Shown here: positions 63,661 to 64,000 of the stretch, one piece after another
How positions within the stretch are numbered: the first letter of the stretch is position 1
Layout of the letters: each line of letters starts with the position of its first letter
Source of the DNA: Isurus oxyrinchus
Taxonomy: Eukaryota
Reading direction: 5' to 3'
Length of the DNA stretch: 64,000 bases
Assembly (NCBI GenBank): GCA_026770705.1
Contig: JANJGN010000016.1
Coordinates: 88,102,001-88,166,000 of the forward strand
Position numbers and translations under genes: made by a program
Notes under the pieces: generated by a model
Databases searched by the model: none
Told to the model about the DNA's origin: nothing
Seen by the model: the letters and a program-made list of their open reading frames with translations, nothing else

Positions 63661-64000
63661 TCTGAATTGTATTTAGCATCAGCAACTATACACGTGATCT
63701 CTTCTACACGTGTTCTCTGAATAGTATTCAGCATCAGCTACTTTACATGTGATCTCTTCTACACGTGATCTCTGAATAGTATTCAGCATCAGCAACTATA
63801 CACGTGATCTCTTCTACACATGATCTCTGAATAGTATTTACCATCGTCTACTTTACACGTGATCACTTCTACATGTGATCTCTGAATTGTATTTAGCATC
63901 AGCTGGTTTACACGTGAACTCTTCTACATGTGATCACTGAATAGAATTTAGCATCAGTTACTTTAGACATGATCTCTTCTACACGTGATCTCTGAATAGT
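63607..64000. repeat. 55-bp minisatellite (at least 7 copies) continuing off the right edge
   Basis: gcatcagc recurs at 63621, 63676, 63731 and 63786 (period 55). Confidence 0.93.

Overview
Vertebrate genomic DNA, very likely from a cartilaginous fish (shark), judging by the repeat families and the cluster-type Ig organisation. The only host gene is one complete, unrearranged kappa-type (type III/NS4-like) immunoglobulin light-chain cluster on the minus strand. It comprises a promoter, leader exon (14059-14107), V exon (13578-13872) with a perfect 12-RSS, a single J (12806-12840) with a 23-RSS, and a C exon (6798-7126). All splice phases and reading frames are intact. Nearly half the window (~21.6-50 kb) is a 36-bp satellite with nested higher-order duplications, which explains all the very long repetitive ORFs. 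The rest is decayed mobile DNA (CR1/L2 LINEs, a DeuSINE-like SINE, Gypsy pol, an internally deleted Gypsy LTR element plus a related solo LTR, PIF/Harbinger remnants) and several minisatellites. Some minisatellites appear to have arisen inside transposons. I found no clearly novel protein-coding system. The best leads are structural or regulatory features around the Ig cluster, the satellite architecture, and transposon-seeded tandem repeats. All family assignments are by eye or from memory; no searches were run.
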